Shown: positions 34,160 through 44,484, counted from the first letter of the stretch. The stretch is 63,640 bases of DNA from Candidatus Nanoarchaeia archaeon (GCA_050292425.1 JBNKLP010000005.1:1-63640), one strand, 5' to 3'. Notes: a model not told the origin generated them from the letters alone. Program-made: numbers and translations.

Positions 34160-34531
34160 TTACCTCTTAATGTTAATTTCTTTTTTTTCTAATTGAACAT
34201 TTTTAACAAATTTTTTCTTTGCAGGATTTTTCAAAGAATGAAGATACAATCTGCCCTCCAACAATCTATTACTAGAATCAAAAGGATTGTCAACATCAAT
34301 TGTGAATAGTCTTCTACCAAAATCAAAATCCCAAGAATAGACCATGCTTAATCTTTGCAATTGAGCATCATACATATTATAACCTGAGGATTTGGAATCC
34401 TGATATTTTTTCCTAAAAGATAACTCACCAATTGGAAAAGAAGATTGTGAAACCATAATATAAAAACTAATATCAAACCTTCTAAGAGAAATTGATGTCA
34501 ACTCTAAAGCTATATTGTCTTGATTTCCCAT
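34160..34531 (-). CDS. Hypothetical protein (123 aa), paralogue of the next gene
   Basis: Shares RLFTIDVDNPFD / LYLHSLKNPAKKK with RFFLEVENPYE / LFLFYKKNTHKKR of 34602-34976. Confidence 0.45.
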   Translation of the reverse strand: MGNQDNIALELTSISLRRFDISFYIMVSQSSFPIGELSFRKKYQDSKSSGYNMYDAQLQRLSMVYSWDFDFGRRLFTIDVDNPFDSSNRLLEGRLYLHSLKNPAKKKFVKNVQLEKKEINIKR

Positions 34532-34601
34532 CTGTTATCTAGGAGTTTAAAATATATAAATTTAATCTGTCAAATAATAGTTACATAATAATATAAAATA
34601 A

Positions 34602-34976
34602 CTATTCTATATATGTATTTATAACCATTGATTCTAGTTTAATCAATTTAGAAATATTTCTTTTTTTGTGAGTATTCTTCTTATAAAACAAAAACAAATT
34701 AGCTTGAATTGGAGTATTATTCCTCTTTTGTTCATAAGGATTTTCAACTTCTAAAAAAAATCTTTCTCCTTTCGGAGAAACATATGCTATTCGAAGCAAA
34801 TCTAATTCATTAATATATTCATGTCTTGATTTTAATACCCTATCATCAAATCTAGAATCAATTATATATCCTGATTTATTTGAAAAAGGAACAGAAATTG
34901 ACAAAAAATCTTCTCCAGTATTGGAAGTTAAACTCAAATGATATACACTAACTTTCCTATCTTCTAAATCGTCCAT
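34602..34976 (-). CDS. Hypothetical protein (124 aa), paralogue of the previous gene
   Basis: See 34160-34531. Similar length and the same strand. Confidence 0.45.
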   Translation of the reverse strand: MDDLEDRKVSVYHLSLTSNTGEDFLSISVPFSNKSGYIIDSRFDDRVLKSRHEYINELDLLRIAYVSPKGERFFLEVENPYEQKRNNTPIQANLFLFYKKNTHKKRNISKLIKLESMVINTYIE

Positions 34977-35010
34977 TATTCATTATATTAATAAATGAAA
35001 ATATATAAAG

Positions 35011-35598
35011 CTAACTATTCAAAAAATCAAACACTTCTTTCCAATTATTAACTCTAATCAAATTCTCACTTTCTTTAACATCTCTATTCCATGGGCAATC
35101 CATCATTAAAACTTTAACTCCTGCCTTTGAAACTTCCTGGCAATAATGAGGAGCATCTTCAATAAGTACATCAAATTCGTGAATCTTGCAAACTTCAGAC
35201 TTACAGATTGTCTTGCTAATAGCATCTCCTGTAAAAACCATCTCATCAAAAAACCCTTTTCCAAAGGATTTCTCAAGCCATTCAATAGTTCTCTCCTTAA
35301 CCAAATCATCTCTTGAAGTCAAAATAAAAAGTTCATGTCCTAAATTCTTCAAATTACTCAGCACATCAACAATATCAGAACCAATATCATAACTATCCAA
35401 ATCATTTCTTACATATTCCACTAACTTACCAAAAACATAATCTCTATTAAAACCCTCTTTTTCAACCCATAAATAATTATAATCAGTAATGTCTTCTCTT
35501 TTAAATTCAGTTCCATGCTCTTCATTAAACTCTCGGAGAAAATAATCATTAGTTCTTGTCAAAACTTCATCAACATCAATTGCTACTCTCATCTTCAA
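35011..35598 (-). CDS. HAD-family 5'(3')-deoxyribonucleotidase-like phosphatase
   Basis: VAIDVDEVL (D-x-D motif I), ILTSR (motif II), IEDAPHY (motif IV-like). About 195 aa. Confidence 0.6.
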   Translation of the reverse strand: MKMRVAIDVDEVLTRTNDYFLREFNEEHGTEFKREDITDYNYLWVEKEGFNRDYVFGKLVEYVRNDLDSYDIGSDIVDVLSNLKNLGHELFILTSRDDLVKERTIEWLEKSFGKGFFDEMVFTGDAISKTICKSEVCKIHEFDVLIEDAPHYCQEVSKAGVKVLMMDCPWNRDVKESENLIRVNNWKEVFDFLNS

Positions 35599-35600
35599 CT

Positions 35601-35966
35601 TTATTTAACCTTCAAGAATCCTTCAAAATGTATTTCAACATCATCTACATCATAAACTTCAAGTACTTCATACAAACCCCTTGTCCACATCTCTCCTCCA
35701 TCGTTAAAATGAGTTGCTTCCAAAATTCTAATTGCTGCAAGCGGCCTTGACAAATTAGATTTTCCATCAGTCTGCAAAAGTGGAATAGGTTCATCATCAA
35801 GCATGTAATAATTTCTCTGTCCTCTCTTCAAAAAAGGATAAACTCTACCTTCTTCAAGTTCCTCTGGCACACATTCCTCAACTTTTCTTTGTCCTTGTTC
35901 AAAAAAATAAATATTTCTCAAAGCTAAATCTGGATTAAATTCAACTTGTATTCCCATAACAATCAA
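35601..35966 (-). CDS. Hypothetical protein (121 aa)
   Basis: ORF only. Confidence 0.4.
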   Translation of the reverse strand: MIVMGIQVEFNPDLALRNIYFFEQGQRKVEECVPEELEEGRVYPFLKRGQRNYYMLDDEPIPLLQTDGKSNLSRPLAAIRILEATHFNDGGEMWTRGLYEVLEVYDVDDVEIHFEGFLKVK

Positions 35967-36010
35967 TCAAATTTAAACTATATAAATTTTTTGAAAAAAA
36001 AAAGGAAAAA

Positions 36011-36268
36011 TTATTCTATTTTAGGCATTGTATATTTCAATAAATCTATTAATTCTGTCGAAATTCTTTTTAATCTCTCATTAATCATCTTTTGAGTTTC
36101 ACTATCAATAGAATTACCATTAATTAAAACTCTTTTAGTTACTAACTGTGTAACTCCTACATTCAATTGAGTTATAATCCCACTATAATCTTGATTATTT
36201 ATTCCCGTTTCATTTGGAAATATAATATTTACTTTAGTTTTTTTACTAAATACCATGTAATAAAACAT
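36011..36268 (-). CDS. Hypothetical protein (85 aa)
   Basis: ORF only. Confidence 0.3.
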   Translation of the reverse strand: MFYYMVFSKKTKVNIIFPNETGINNQDYSGIITQLNVGVTQLVTKRVLINGNSIDSETQKMINERLKRISTELIDLLKYTMPKIE

Positions 36269-36342
36269 ATAAATTCTTTATTTAAAAAGATTGTTATTCC
36301 CGATAACCAAAATAAATATTCTAGATCAAATTGAAACCAATT

Positions 36343-36600
36343 CTATCTAGCCAGTGTGAAAGTATATCCACGCACATCAACAATTTCAGCTTCAATTGCA
36401 TCAGCAACTTCCTTTGCCATTTCCTTTAAAGCATCCTTATCCTCAGCTACAGATGATTTAATCTTAACAATCCCATGAACTTCCAAATACTTATCAATTG
36501 TCTCAATAAAAGTCTCTGTAACACCATTCTTTCCAACATTAAACTGGGCTTTCAAAGATCCAGCAATTTTCTTCAACTCTTTCTTATCAAAACTCGCCAT
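36343..36600 (-). CDS. YhbY/CRM-domain RNA-binding protein
   Basis: LKAQFNVGKNGVTETFIETIDKYLEVHGIVKIK...DVRGYTFTL fits the CRS1/YhbY pattern. Confidence 0.7.
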   Translation of the reverse strand: MASFDKKELKKIAGSLKAQFNVGKNGVTETFIETIDKYLEVHGIVKIKSSVAEDKDALKEMAKEVADAIEAEIVDVRGYTFTLAR

Positions 36601-36601
36601 T

Positions 36602-38518
36602 TTATTTCAACCTGAAACTCTCAAGATTCTCAGGAGTATAAACTTTAACATCTGGAACTATTCTCTTTACAGTTTCTGCAAATGAATAAATCTTTGAAGG
36701 CTCACCATGATTCAAAATAACCTTTCTAGGTTTAACAGACAAATTTGCCAAAAACTTCTTAGTCATCCCAACATCACTATGTGCTGAAAAAGCTCCATGC
36801 ATTCCAGTAACATTCATTTTAACTGTAACTTTATCATCTTCACTTCCTGTATTTGCTAAAAGAATCTCTTTTTCTCCATCCTTAATTCTTCTTCCCAATG
36901 TTCCATTAGCTTGATAACCTACAAAACAAATTGTATTTTTCTCATTTCCTGCAAAATTCTTAAAATATTCAACAGAACTTCCTCCATTCATCATACCTGA
37001 AGTTGCAAGAACAATGGCACACTCCTGTGAATCAAAGACAGTTTCTCTTTCTGCCCTGCTACCAACCTGAACAAAATTAGAGATGGTAAATGGATTATCT
37101 CCTTTCAATATCCTTGATCTAAGTCCATTGTTCAAAAACTCAGGATAAGCCGTATGAATCGCAGTAACCTCACCAACCATACCATCTATATAAACTTTCA
37201 GATCCTCAGGCAATCTTCTTTCCTTAATCAATGCCTCAATAGTAAGAAGCATCTCTTGTGATCTTCCGATACCAAACACAGGAATCAAAACCTTTCCTTT
37301 CTTAACATAAGCATCAAGAATAATCTTCAAAAACTCTTCTTCGGCTTCTTCCCTTGGAAGAGCATAATCCTTAGGCCCAGTATTTGTATTTTCCATCAAC
37401 ATACTCTCAAGTCTTGGAAATTGAGTATCTGCCCTATTCAATAATCTCTGCTTGAAAGAATAATTAAAATCTCCAGTATACATAAAATTGTGCATCCCAT
37501 TTCCAATATTTACATGACAAAAAGCTGAACCCAAAATATGTCCTGCATTATAAAATGTAAGCCTAATATCTGGAGTAATGTCTGTTACTTCATTATATCC
37601 AATTGTAATAACATGCTTAAGCATTTCCTTCACATCTTCTGGCTTGTAGATTGCATTAACTCCAGGATTTGAATTCATAATCTTAATATAATCCAATTGT
37701 GAAAGTGCCATTAAATCTCTTGAAGGCTCAGTACAATAAATTGGACCTTTATAGCCCATTTTATACAAATAAGGCAAAAGACCACAATGATCCATATGAG
37801 CATGAGACAAAACAATAGCGTCCACATCCTCTAACTTGAACTCTGGTGCATCTAAAAATGGAAATTCATTTGAATCACCAAAAGGAACTGATGGATCAAT
37901 TCCACAATCAAAAAGAATTCTACTCTCTGAAGTTTGAAGATAAACAGCACTTCTTCCTATCTGTGATGCAGCGCCAAGCATTGTAACCTTTGCCCATCCT
38001 TTGATCTTTCCCTTCATCCATCCTCCATAAATTCTTCTTCCTACTTTGTTAAGAAATTTTCTTCTGTATTCAGATTCCTGAAATTCAACAGCTCTCATTG
38101 CATCAACAGTCTTTGATCTAAGTGGAGGAACTCTTCTAACTACAACTGACCACATAGTCTTTTGCTGAATAGCCTTAAGATTAGAGCCTTCTTTTCCAAC
38201 AGCAGCTCCCACATTATCAACCTCTAAAATCAATTTACTCCTTGCATTATCAAAAAGAAAATTCTCAATATTAACTTCAGGCAAAATTTGAGCAACTGCC
38301 TTCTTAGTATCTTCTAAACTCATCAATAAAGTATTATCTGCCCTAAGTTCAATTCTCTTCTTGAACTTGGAAACTATCTCTCTTATCTTTCCTCTTCCAT
38401 TAAAAAGGAAATCCCTGTTTGTCGTATAAATTACAATATTAGCAGCTTCAAACTCAACAGAACTAATCTTTTCTGCTGGAAGCTCCTTCATGATTTCATC
38501 TAAAATTTTTACTGCCAT
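36602..38518 (-). CDS. Archaeal CPSF1-type beta-CASP ribonuclease (aCPSF1/FttA) with N-terminal KH domains
   Basis: KH GxxG (VGKEGSN), metallo-beta-lactamase HAHMDHCG, beta-CASP region. 638 aa. Confidence 0.92.
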   Translation of the reverse strand: MAVKILDEIMKELPAEKISSVEFEAANIVIYTTNRDFLFNGRGKIREIVSKFKKRIELRADNTLLMSLEDTKKAVAQILPEVNIENFLFDNARSKLILEVDNVGAAVGKEGSNLKAIQQKTMWSVVVRRVPPLRSKTVDAMRAVEFQESEYRRKFLNKVGRRIYGGWMKGKIKGWAKVTMLGAASQIGRSAVYLQTSESRILFDCGIDPSVPFGDSNEFPFLDAPEFKLEDVDAIVLSHAHMDHCGLLPYLYKMGYKGPIYCTEPSRDLMALSQLDYIKIMNSNPGVNAIYKPEDVKEMLKHVITIGYNEVTDITPDIRLTFYNAGHILGSAFCHVNIGNGMHNFMYTGDFNYSFKQRLLNRADTQFPRLESMLMENTNTGPKDYALPREEAEEEFLKIILDAYVKKGKVLIPVFGIGRSQEMLLTIEALIKERRLPEDLKVYIDGMVGEVTAIHTAYPEFLNNGLRSRILKGDNPFTISNFVQVGSRAERETVFDSQECAIVLATSGMMNGGSSVEYFKNFAGNEKNTICFVGYQANGTLGRRIKDGEKEILLANTGSEDDKVTVKMNVTGMHGAFSAHSDVGMTKKFLANLSVKPRKVILNHGEPSKIYSFAETVKRIVPDVKVYTPENLESFRLK

Positions 38519-38747
38519 TTTAGTTTTCTAATAAAAATTAATCTCTTAAGTTATTTAATGTAACTTAGAATTAAGTTGAGTCTTTCAACTCTTTACATAA
38601 TATTAGTAATAACTTATTTATAAATGTTTTCAATGCAAATTTAAAACATTTTCATAAATTTTTTCAAATTTATGTTAAACCTTTTCACTTTGTTAAGATG
38701 TTTCTATAAACAAAACAAATATAAATTATTAAAATCACATAAACCAT

Positions 38748-39101
38748 ATGTATAAAGAATTAACTCCTCAGGAAATTTTATTAAGTGGCTCAACATGTTA
38801 CCTAGGACATCAAGAATTCCCTTACACACCAATTGCAATTCAGGAAGGCAAATTAACTGTTGATGAATGTAATAAAATAAGAAAACAAAATTTGGAAACT
38901 AATGTTCTCACTTCATTTTGGGGTTTCTTGGGCTTTGGTTTTGCTTCATTAGAAAATTTGAATTTAAATCCTAATTCCTCAACATATGGTCAAACTATCA
39001 ATGACCCAATCTTAATTAGAATAACAACACTTATTGAAAAAGATAAAGAAGAATTTCCTTTCATGCGTAATAACCCATCTATTCTGATATTATTCGAGTA
39101 A
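38748..39101 (+). CDS. Hypothetical protein (117 aa)
   Basis: ORF only. Confidence 0.35.
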   Translation: MYKELTPQEILLSGSTCYLGHQEFPYTPIAIQEGKLTVDECNKIRKQNLETNVLTSFWGFLGFGFASLENLNLNPNSSTYGQTINDPILIRITTLIEKDKEEFPFMRNNPSILILFE

Positions 39102-39115
39102 TTATTTAATTAATA

Positions 39116-40087
39116 TTAAAAATCTTCAGGCAAATATCTAAAAATCTTCTCTTCATAAAACTTCAACAAATAAGAATCTTTAATCATATAACCAAATTTC
39201 TCCTTTAAATTAGTTATAAAATCTATATAATAATTTTCTGATTTTAAATGCATCTCAATTTCAAGATCACAACCCCCCAAATATTTATCGATATAAATGA
39301 TAAAATTCTTGGATATTAAATAATTATTAAACTCACTAATATCTTTTTTAGAATAATTTCTGAAATTAAGATGAAGTTTATAATAATCATAACCTAATTT
39401 TTTAGTATCAACAAAAATTCTAAATCCAAAAATAACTTTATTTTTAATCAAATTTCGAATCCTTTTATTTATTGTATTGATACTTAAATCCAATTCATTC
39501 TTTAAATCTAAAATACTCATATTTGCATTATTAGAAAGTAATTTTAACAAAAAAACATCTTTATCATCTAAATCAAAAAAACCATCTTCCTTCTCTAATA
39601 ATTTCAACTCAGTTTCCTTTCTCTTCTTATCCAAGATATAATCTTTTGATAAATGATTGATTTGAGTCAAAATAGATATATTGGAATCTTCTAATATAGA
39701 ATTAAATTTTAAAAATAATTCTTCTTTGAATTTATCAAATTCAAAAATGTCTTTTGAAACAAACACTAAATCTAAATCCCACTTTCCTATTACTCTAAAA
39801 TACCAAATTATGCTTTTTTGATTCTCTAAATATTTATTTAACTCTTCAAATTGCTCTTTTGTATAATTTGATAATTTTAAAAACAATCTAAATGACATCA
39901 AACCTAAATTCAAAGTATTTATCTCAGTATAATATCCCCTAATTATTCCAAATTTCTTTAACCTTTCAACTCTGTAAAGAACTACATTTCTATTAACTCT
40001 CAACTTTTTAGCAATTTTATTTAATGATTCCCTTGAATTATTATCTAATTCTGACAATATTCTCTTATCTAATAAATCTAATTCCAT
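39116..40087 (-). CDS. Tandem (double) Lrp/AsnC-family transcriptional regulator
   Basis: Two HTH_AsnC modules: LDKRILSELDNNSRESLNKIAKKLRVNRNVVLYRVERLKKFGII and LDDKDVFLLKLLSNNANMSILDLKNELDLSINTINKRIRNLIKNKVI. Confidence 0.75.
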   Translation of the reverse strand: MELDLLDKRILSELDNNSRESLNKIAKKLRVNRNVVLYRVERLKKFGIIRGYYTEINTLNLGLMSFRLFLKLSNYTKEQFEELNKYLENQKSIIWYFRVIGKWDLDLVFVSKDIFEFDKFKEELFLKFNSILEDSNISILTQINHLSKDYILDKKRKETELKLLEKEDGFFDLDDKDVFLLKLLSNNANMSILDLKNELDLSINTINKRIRNLIKNKVIFGFRIFVDTKKLGYDYYKLHLNFRNYSKKDISEFNNYLISKNFIIYIDKYLGGCDLEIEMHLKSENYYIDFITNLKEKFGYMIKDSYLLKFYEEKIFRYLPEDF

Positions 40088-40089
40088 AA

Positions 40090-40106
40090 ATCAACTAATA
40101 GTTGAT
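40090..40106. promoter_or_regulatory. 7-bp inverted repeat (ATCAACT-AAT-AGTTGAT) between the TATA-like element and the Lrp gene's ATG
   Basis: Read directly. It lies 3-19 nt upstream of the ATG (40085-40087), with TTTATATATATT at 40110-40121. Confidence 0.3.
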
Positions 40107-40184
40107 AATTTATATATATTTTGATATTATGTTCAAATTTAAATGCGAAATATTTATATTTTAATATGAAATAAACATTTCAAA

Positions 40185-40622
40185 ATGAAAAAAACAAACA
40201 AATTAAGTGAAATAATTCTTTTGAGTTTATTAACAACAGTTAATTCCAATGCTCAAAATAACACTTGTGTATCAACAGATAATGACCTTCCTAGATATAC
40301 AATAGAAATTACGGAAAAAATTCAATGCTCTCCTGCAAGACCTCCCATTAAAATTGAAACTGAATACGAATTTTTTGATTGGAATAATGATACTAAACTA
40401 GATTCACTCAGAATTTACTCAAATAGTTGTTACAAACCAAGTCAAATGGAATCAGTAATTCCAACATATATGTATTTAATGCCAACACATGAACATCACA
40501 AAACTCCTCAAGAAAGGTTTAATTTATTAAAAAAATACTGCAACTCGTTGTCAAATGCTGAAAACTCTAACACTCACTGTTTTATAGAAGAGAACATACC
40601 AAAAAAATGTAAATGCAAGTAA
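40185..40622 (+). CDS. Secreted Cys-containing hypothetical protein (145 aa)
   Basis: N-terminal signal-like segment (IILLSLLTTVNSNA). Confidence 0.4.
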   Translation: MKKTNKLSEIILLSLLTTVNSNAQNNTCVSTDNDLPRYTIEITEKIQCSPARPPIKIETEYEFFDWNNDTKLDSLRIYSNSCYKPSQMESVIPTYMYLMPTHEHHKTPQERFNLLKKYCNSLSNAENSNTHCFIEENIPKKCKCK

Positions 40623-40674
40623 TCATCTACTTCTAGTACATAAACTTTATATATTAACAATTGTTAAGTATTTT

Positions 40675-41529
40675 ATGGCATTCAATAGACTAAAAACAAC
40701 ATTTTTCCTTGGACTCCTTGCAGGATTGTTCATGGGCTTTGGATATCTTATTGGCAGTAGAACAGGACTAATAATTGGATTTGTAATAGCAATGACAATC
40801 AACTTTGGGTCATATTGGTTCTCAGACAAGATTGTTCTTAAAATGTACAAGGCAAAAGTAGTCTCAAAAGACCACAAACTATATTCCATTGTGCATGAAC
40901 TAGCACATAAGGCAAAAATTCCAATGCCAAAAGTGTACACAATAACAGCACCATCTCCAAATGCTTTTGCAACAGGAAGATCGCCAAAACATGCATCAGT
41001 TGCAACAACTGAAAGTCTTCTTCACTTACTCTCAGAAGAAGAAATAAAAGGTGTAATGGCACATGAATTATCTCACATAAAACACAGAGATACCTTAATT
41101 CAAACAATAGCAGTAGGAATAGCATCAGCAATAGCAATGGTAGCTGAAATGCTTCAATGGATGGCAATATTTGGATTTGGTGGAGATGATGAAAATCCAA
41201 TGCCATCATTAATTGGAATAATTGCACTTGCAATCCTTACACCAATAATTGCAACAATCATACAACTTGCAATCTCCAGGCAAAGAGAATACATGGCAGA
41301 TGCTGAAGCAACTAAAATAATGAAAACTCCAATGCCCCTAATCAATGCACTTCAAAAACTAGAAGCGAGTGTAAGAGCGCCAAGACATATGCATGTCTCT
41401 GCAGCTCCAACTGAAAGTCTTTTCATTGTAAATCCTTTCAAAGGTTCAGGCATAGCTTCATTATTCTCAACTCATCCTTCGACAAAGGACAGAATTGAAG
41501 CCATGAAAAGAATTAAAATTACAAGATAA
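40675..41529 (+). CDS. htpX: Zinc metalloprotease HtpX (M48 family)
   Basis: HELSHIKHRD zinc motif, four TM segments, EYMADAEA downstream Glu. Confidence 0.92.
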   Translation: MAFNRLKTTFFLGLLAGLFMGFGYLIGSRTGLIIGFVIAMTINFGSYWFSDKIVLKMYKAKVVSKDHKLYSIVHELAHKAKIPMPKVYTITAPSPNAFATGRSPKHASVATTESLLHLLSEEEIKGVMAHELSHIKHRDTLIQTIAVGIASAIAMVAEMLQWMAIFGFGGDDENPMPSLIGIIALAILTPIIATIIQLAISRQREYMADAEATKIMKTPMPLINALQKLEASVRAPRHMHVSAAPTESLFIVNPFKGSGIASLFSTHPSTKDRIEAMKRIKITR

Positions 41530-41601
41530 AAAAATAATAACAAATTAACCCTTATACAGGTAATACTAAAACCTTAAAAAACCTTTTCACAAAACATCCT
41601 T

Positions 41602-42264
41602 ATGAGTCAAAAAACCATAATTCTACTCTCAGGCCTACCTGCATCGGGAAAAGACACAGCTGCCATTTTCTTTCAAAAATACGACTACTTCCTTATGACT
41701 TATTCTTCAATGATCCTAAAACCAATAATTGAAAACCCTTATGAAGAACTTCCAAAATACCTAACACAAACACTTCCCTATGTAAGAGAATCGCAAATAG
41801 AACATGCAATCAAATGCATTGAAAAAGCAAAGCAAAAAGAAACAGGAAGAAATCTCTACATAACAATAGGAGTTAAAATTCTACCTAAAATCATAAAAAG
41901 AATTTCATTCAATGATTACTCCCACTTCAACTTATTCTGTGACATTCACATAAAAGACAAACAAAAAATAGTAATTGCTGGATTCAGAATGAAAGATGAA
42001 CTGCAAACTCTTCAAACAAAATACCCTGATGCAAAAATAATCAAAATACTCCTCATCACCAATGATAGAACTCGTCACAACAGAATAAAACAAAGAGATA
42101 ATTTAGATGAAAAAACAATAACTCAGAATGAAAAATATGAAAAGCAGACAACATACTTAAAATTACTCCAAGATATAAACTTTAACTTCATCATAACAAA
42201 CAACTCTTCAACTGAAGATATGGAAAAACAACTTGAGAAAATTATTAAAAAAATTGAAAATTAA
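41602..42264 (+). CDS. P-loop NTPase / nucleotide kinase-like protein
   Basis: Walker A GLPASGKDT near the N-terminus. 220 aa. Confidence 0.5.
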   Translation: MSQKTIILLSGLPASGKDTAAIFFQKYDYFLMTYSSMILKPIIENPYEELPKYLTQTLPYVRESQIEHAIKCIEKAKQKETGRNLYITIGVKILPKIIKRISFNDYSHFNLFCDIHIKDKQKIVIAGFRMKDELQTLQTKYPDAKIIKILLITNDRTRHNRIKQRDNLDEKTITQNEKYEKQTTYLKLLQDINFNFIITNNSSTEDMEKQLEKIIKKIEN

Positions 42265-42272
42265 TAATTAAA

Positions 42273-42809
42273 TTAGAAATATGAACTTGTAAATTTAGAA
42301 AAATAGTTCTTACCTCCATTCATCCCTATTCTTGTTGCCAGCTTTGCAGAATCAGTCTCAGTATTAATTTCATCATAAAATATTCCATCAAATCCTGACT
42401 TAGTGACTTGTATTTCATTTCTCCCTGAATAAAAACTCACATTATACCTGCTTCCTAGTCTTTCTTGAACATCTTTTAGAATTGGAGCAAAATCTCCATA
42501 CTCCTCAAATTCTGATCCTTTACTTTCTTTCCTTGAAGTAATTTGCTTCTCACCACTAGTTAACCTTTTACCACAAACTTTTTTCTCAAGTTCTCCCAAT
42601 TTTTCAGTTACTAACCTAACAAACACTCTGTTATTTCCATTAAGATTAACTTGCATACTATTTCCATCACAATTTATTTGAACTCCACCTTTTAAAACTC
42701 TAATAGTATATTCAATACCATTATATTGTAAAATTTGTCCTTCTAAATCCCTATATTTTTCTAAAACAGAATTTGTTGCTTGTCTATTAAAATTTCTTCT
42801 CCTACCCAC
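42273..42809 (-). CDS. Hypothetical protein (178 aa)
   Basis: ORF only. Confidence 0.4.
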   Translation of the reverse strand: MGRRRNFNRQATNSVLEKYRDLEGQILQYNGIEYTIRVLKGGVQINCDGNSMQVNLNGNNRVFVRLVTEKLGELEKKVCGKRLTSGEKQITSRKESKGSEFEEYGDFAPILKDVQERLGSRYNVSFYSGRNEIQVTKSGFDGIFYDEINTETDSAKLATRIGMNGGKNYFSKFTSSYF

Positions 42810-42859
42810 TTTAAGTAGTAAAATAACTTAATCTTATTTAAATATTACTAAAAATAAGA

Positions 42860-43504
42860 CTAATACTCCAAAATATTATCCCTATAAATCTTGTTTTTGA
42901 TAGTATGAATTGCTTTTACCATATCGAGTAATCTATCAACACTCATCCTATCTCCTTTCAAAAAGATTTTAAAATGTAAATTATTATGTGAGATAATCAA
43001 AATATCTCCATTATGCCTAATAAGCCACTTCAAATAATCTTCAGTATCCTGATTCTCTAAAATCTCAGTAAGATATCTATTATTTGTAAAAATATTCAAT
43101 CTTGAATAATTCTTCTCAACATTCCCCTCAGATCTAATCTTATTGTGCTTTGGAAAAACTCTCAAACTCATAAGCTCACTAAACTTCAAACCTTCTCTAA
43201 CTAGATGGAAAAAAAACTCCCAGCTAGCATCCTGAGTCTTAAAAGTAACCACATTATAACACTTAGAAAAATGCAATTTCTGTCTATTTGAATATGACTT
43301 GTACTCTTCTTTTGGCACCAATCTATGCGCTGATGCAAAATAAGCTTCACTCACGTAAACTCCCTTCACTTTTGAAACAAAATCATCAATAAAAGATTTC
43401 TTAACCCTTCTTTTATGTAGGAACAGTTGAAATCCATAGCTATTGTAAACAACATAAGCAAGAACTCCAGACAAAAATACTGCACCTATACTAAAGAAAT
43501 TCAT
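42860..43504 (-). CDS. N-terminally membrane-anchored hypothetical protein (214 aa)
   Basis: TM helix FFSIGAVFLSGVLAYVVY. Confidence 0.4.
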   Translation of the reverse strand: MNFFSIGAVFLSGVLAYVVYNSYGFQLFLHKRRVKKSFIDDFVSKVKGVYVSEAYFASAHRLVPKEEYKSYSNRQKLHFSKCYNVVTFKTQDASWEFFFHLVREGLKFSELMSLRVFPKHNKIRSEGNVEKNYSRLNIFTNNRYLTEILENQDTEDYLKWLIRHNGDILIISHNNLHFKIFLKGDRMSVDRLLDMVKAIHTIKNKIYRDNILEY

Positions 43505-43599
43505 AAAAATATACAGGTAACTTGATATTTAAACTTTACGGAAAAATAAATCATTCAAAAATAACCCAAATTTACTCAAAAATAACAAAAAAGTAAGAA

Positions 43600-44484
43600 T
43601 TACTTTTTAGACTGGAAGATTAGAAGATCTTCTGTAGTCAGAACTCCTCCTTTCTTCATCAACTTGTCTTCAAGCTCTTTCTTTCTTTCCTTGATCTGCT
43701 TGTCAACCTGCTTTTTCTTCTGAACAGGACTCTCTCCAAGTTCACTAAGAAGTTCTTCCTCTTTCTTGAAAAGTGTTTTAAGCTCCTTTCCAATAGCTGA
43801 ATAATCCTTCTTATTTAATCTAAACTCTTCAAAAGCCTTCTTCTTAAGATCTCTAAGTTCATCAATTCTCTTGTATTTCTGCTTCTTTTCCTTGCTAACA
43901 AGTCTAATCTGCTTGTAAAGTGATCTAACTCTCTTTTCATAGTTATTAAACTTTCTTCTTAGTGAGTTAAGTTCTCTTTTAGCTTCTCTTAATTCTGGAC
44001 TCTCAACAAAATTGTGACCTGCGCCACCACCTTGTTTATCAACAAGTTCCTTAAGCTCTGAAATTTTTTTAATTAATTCCTGTTCCTTATCAAGAGAAAG
44101 AACTTGTGTCTGCAATTTCAAATCAAGTGCCTTGATTTCTTTCTTTGCCTTATCAACTGAAACAGTTCTAATAACCGGCTTTTTAACAGCTGACTTTGAA
44201 CTCTTTTTAACATCTTCAAATTTCTTCTCTGCTGCTTCAATTTCAAGTTTCAATTTATCAAGTTCTTCCTTTCTTGAGTCAAGATCTTCATTAATCTTGT
44301 CCAGGTGATGTTCCTGCTCTATCTTCTTTACTTCTTCGTACAAATCATTAATTTGATTGGAATAATCCTCTCCTTTAGTAAAAAATCCTTCCTTTTCATC
44401 CTTTTTAGAAAAAAAATCAGACTTCAACTTCTTAATTTCTGACTGTACTTTATTCAATTCATCTCGAATTGCCTCTTTATCCAT
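43600..44484 (-). CDS. Lys/Glu-rich coiled-coil protein
   Basis: Heptad-like charged composition throughout. Resembles the uncharacterised archaeal coiled-coil proteins, recognised from memory. Confidence 0.45.
   Translation of the reverse strand: MDKEAIRDELNKVQSEIKKLKSDFFSKKDEKEGFFTKGEDYSNQINDLYEEVKKIEQEHHLDKINEDLDSRKEELDKLKLEIEAAEKKFEDVKKSSKSAVKKPVIRTVSVDKAKKEIKALDLKLQTQVLSLDKEQELIKKISELKELVDKQGGGAGHNFVESPELREAKRELNSLRRKFNNYEKRVRSLYKQIRLVSKEKKQKYKRIDELRDLKKKAFEEFRLNKKDYSAIGKELKTLFKKEEELLSELGESPVQKKKQVDKQIKERKKELEDKLMKKGGVLTTEDLLIFQSKK

Noticed and set aside
40647-41345. Minus-strand ORFs (97, 131 and 63 aa) overlapping htpX.
   Set aside because: They are antisense to a confidently identified HtpX gene (HELSH motif, TM topology).
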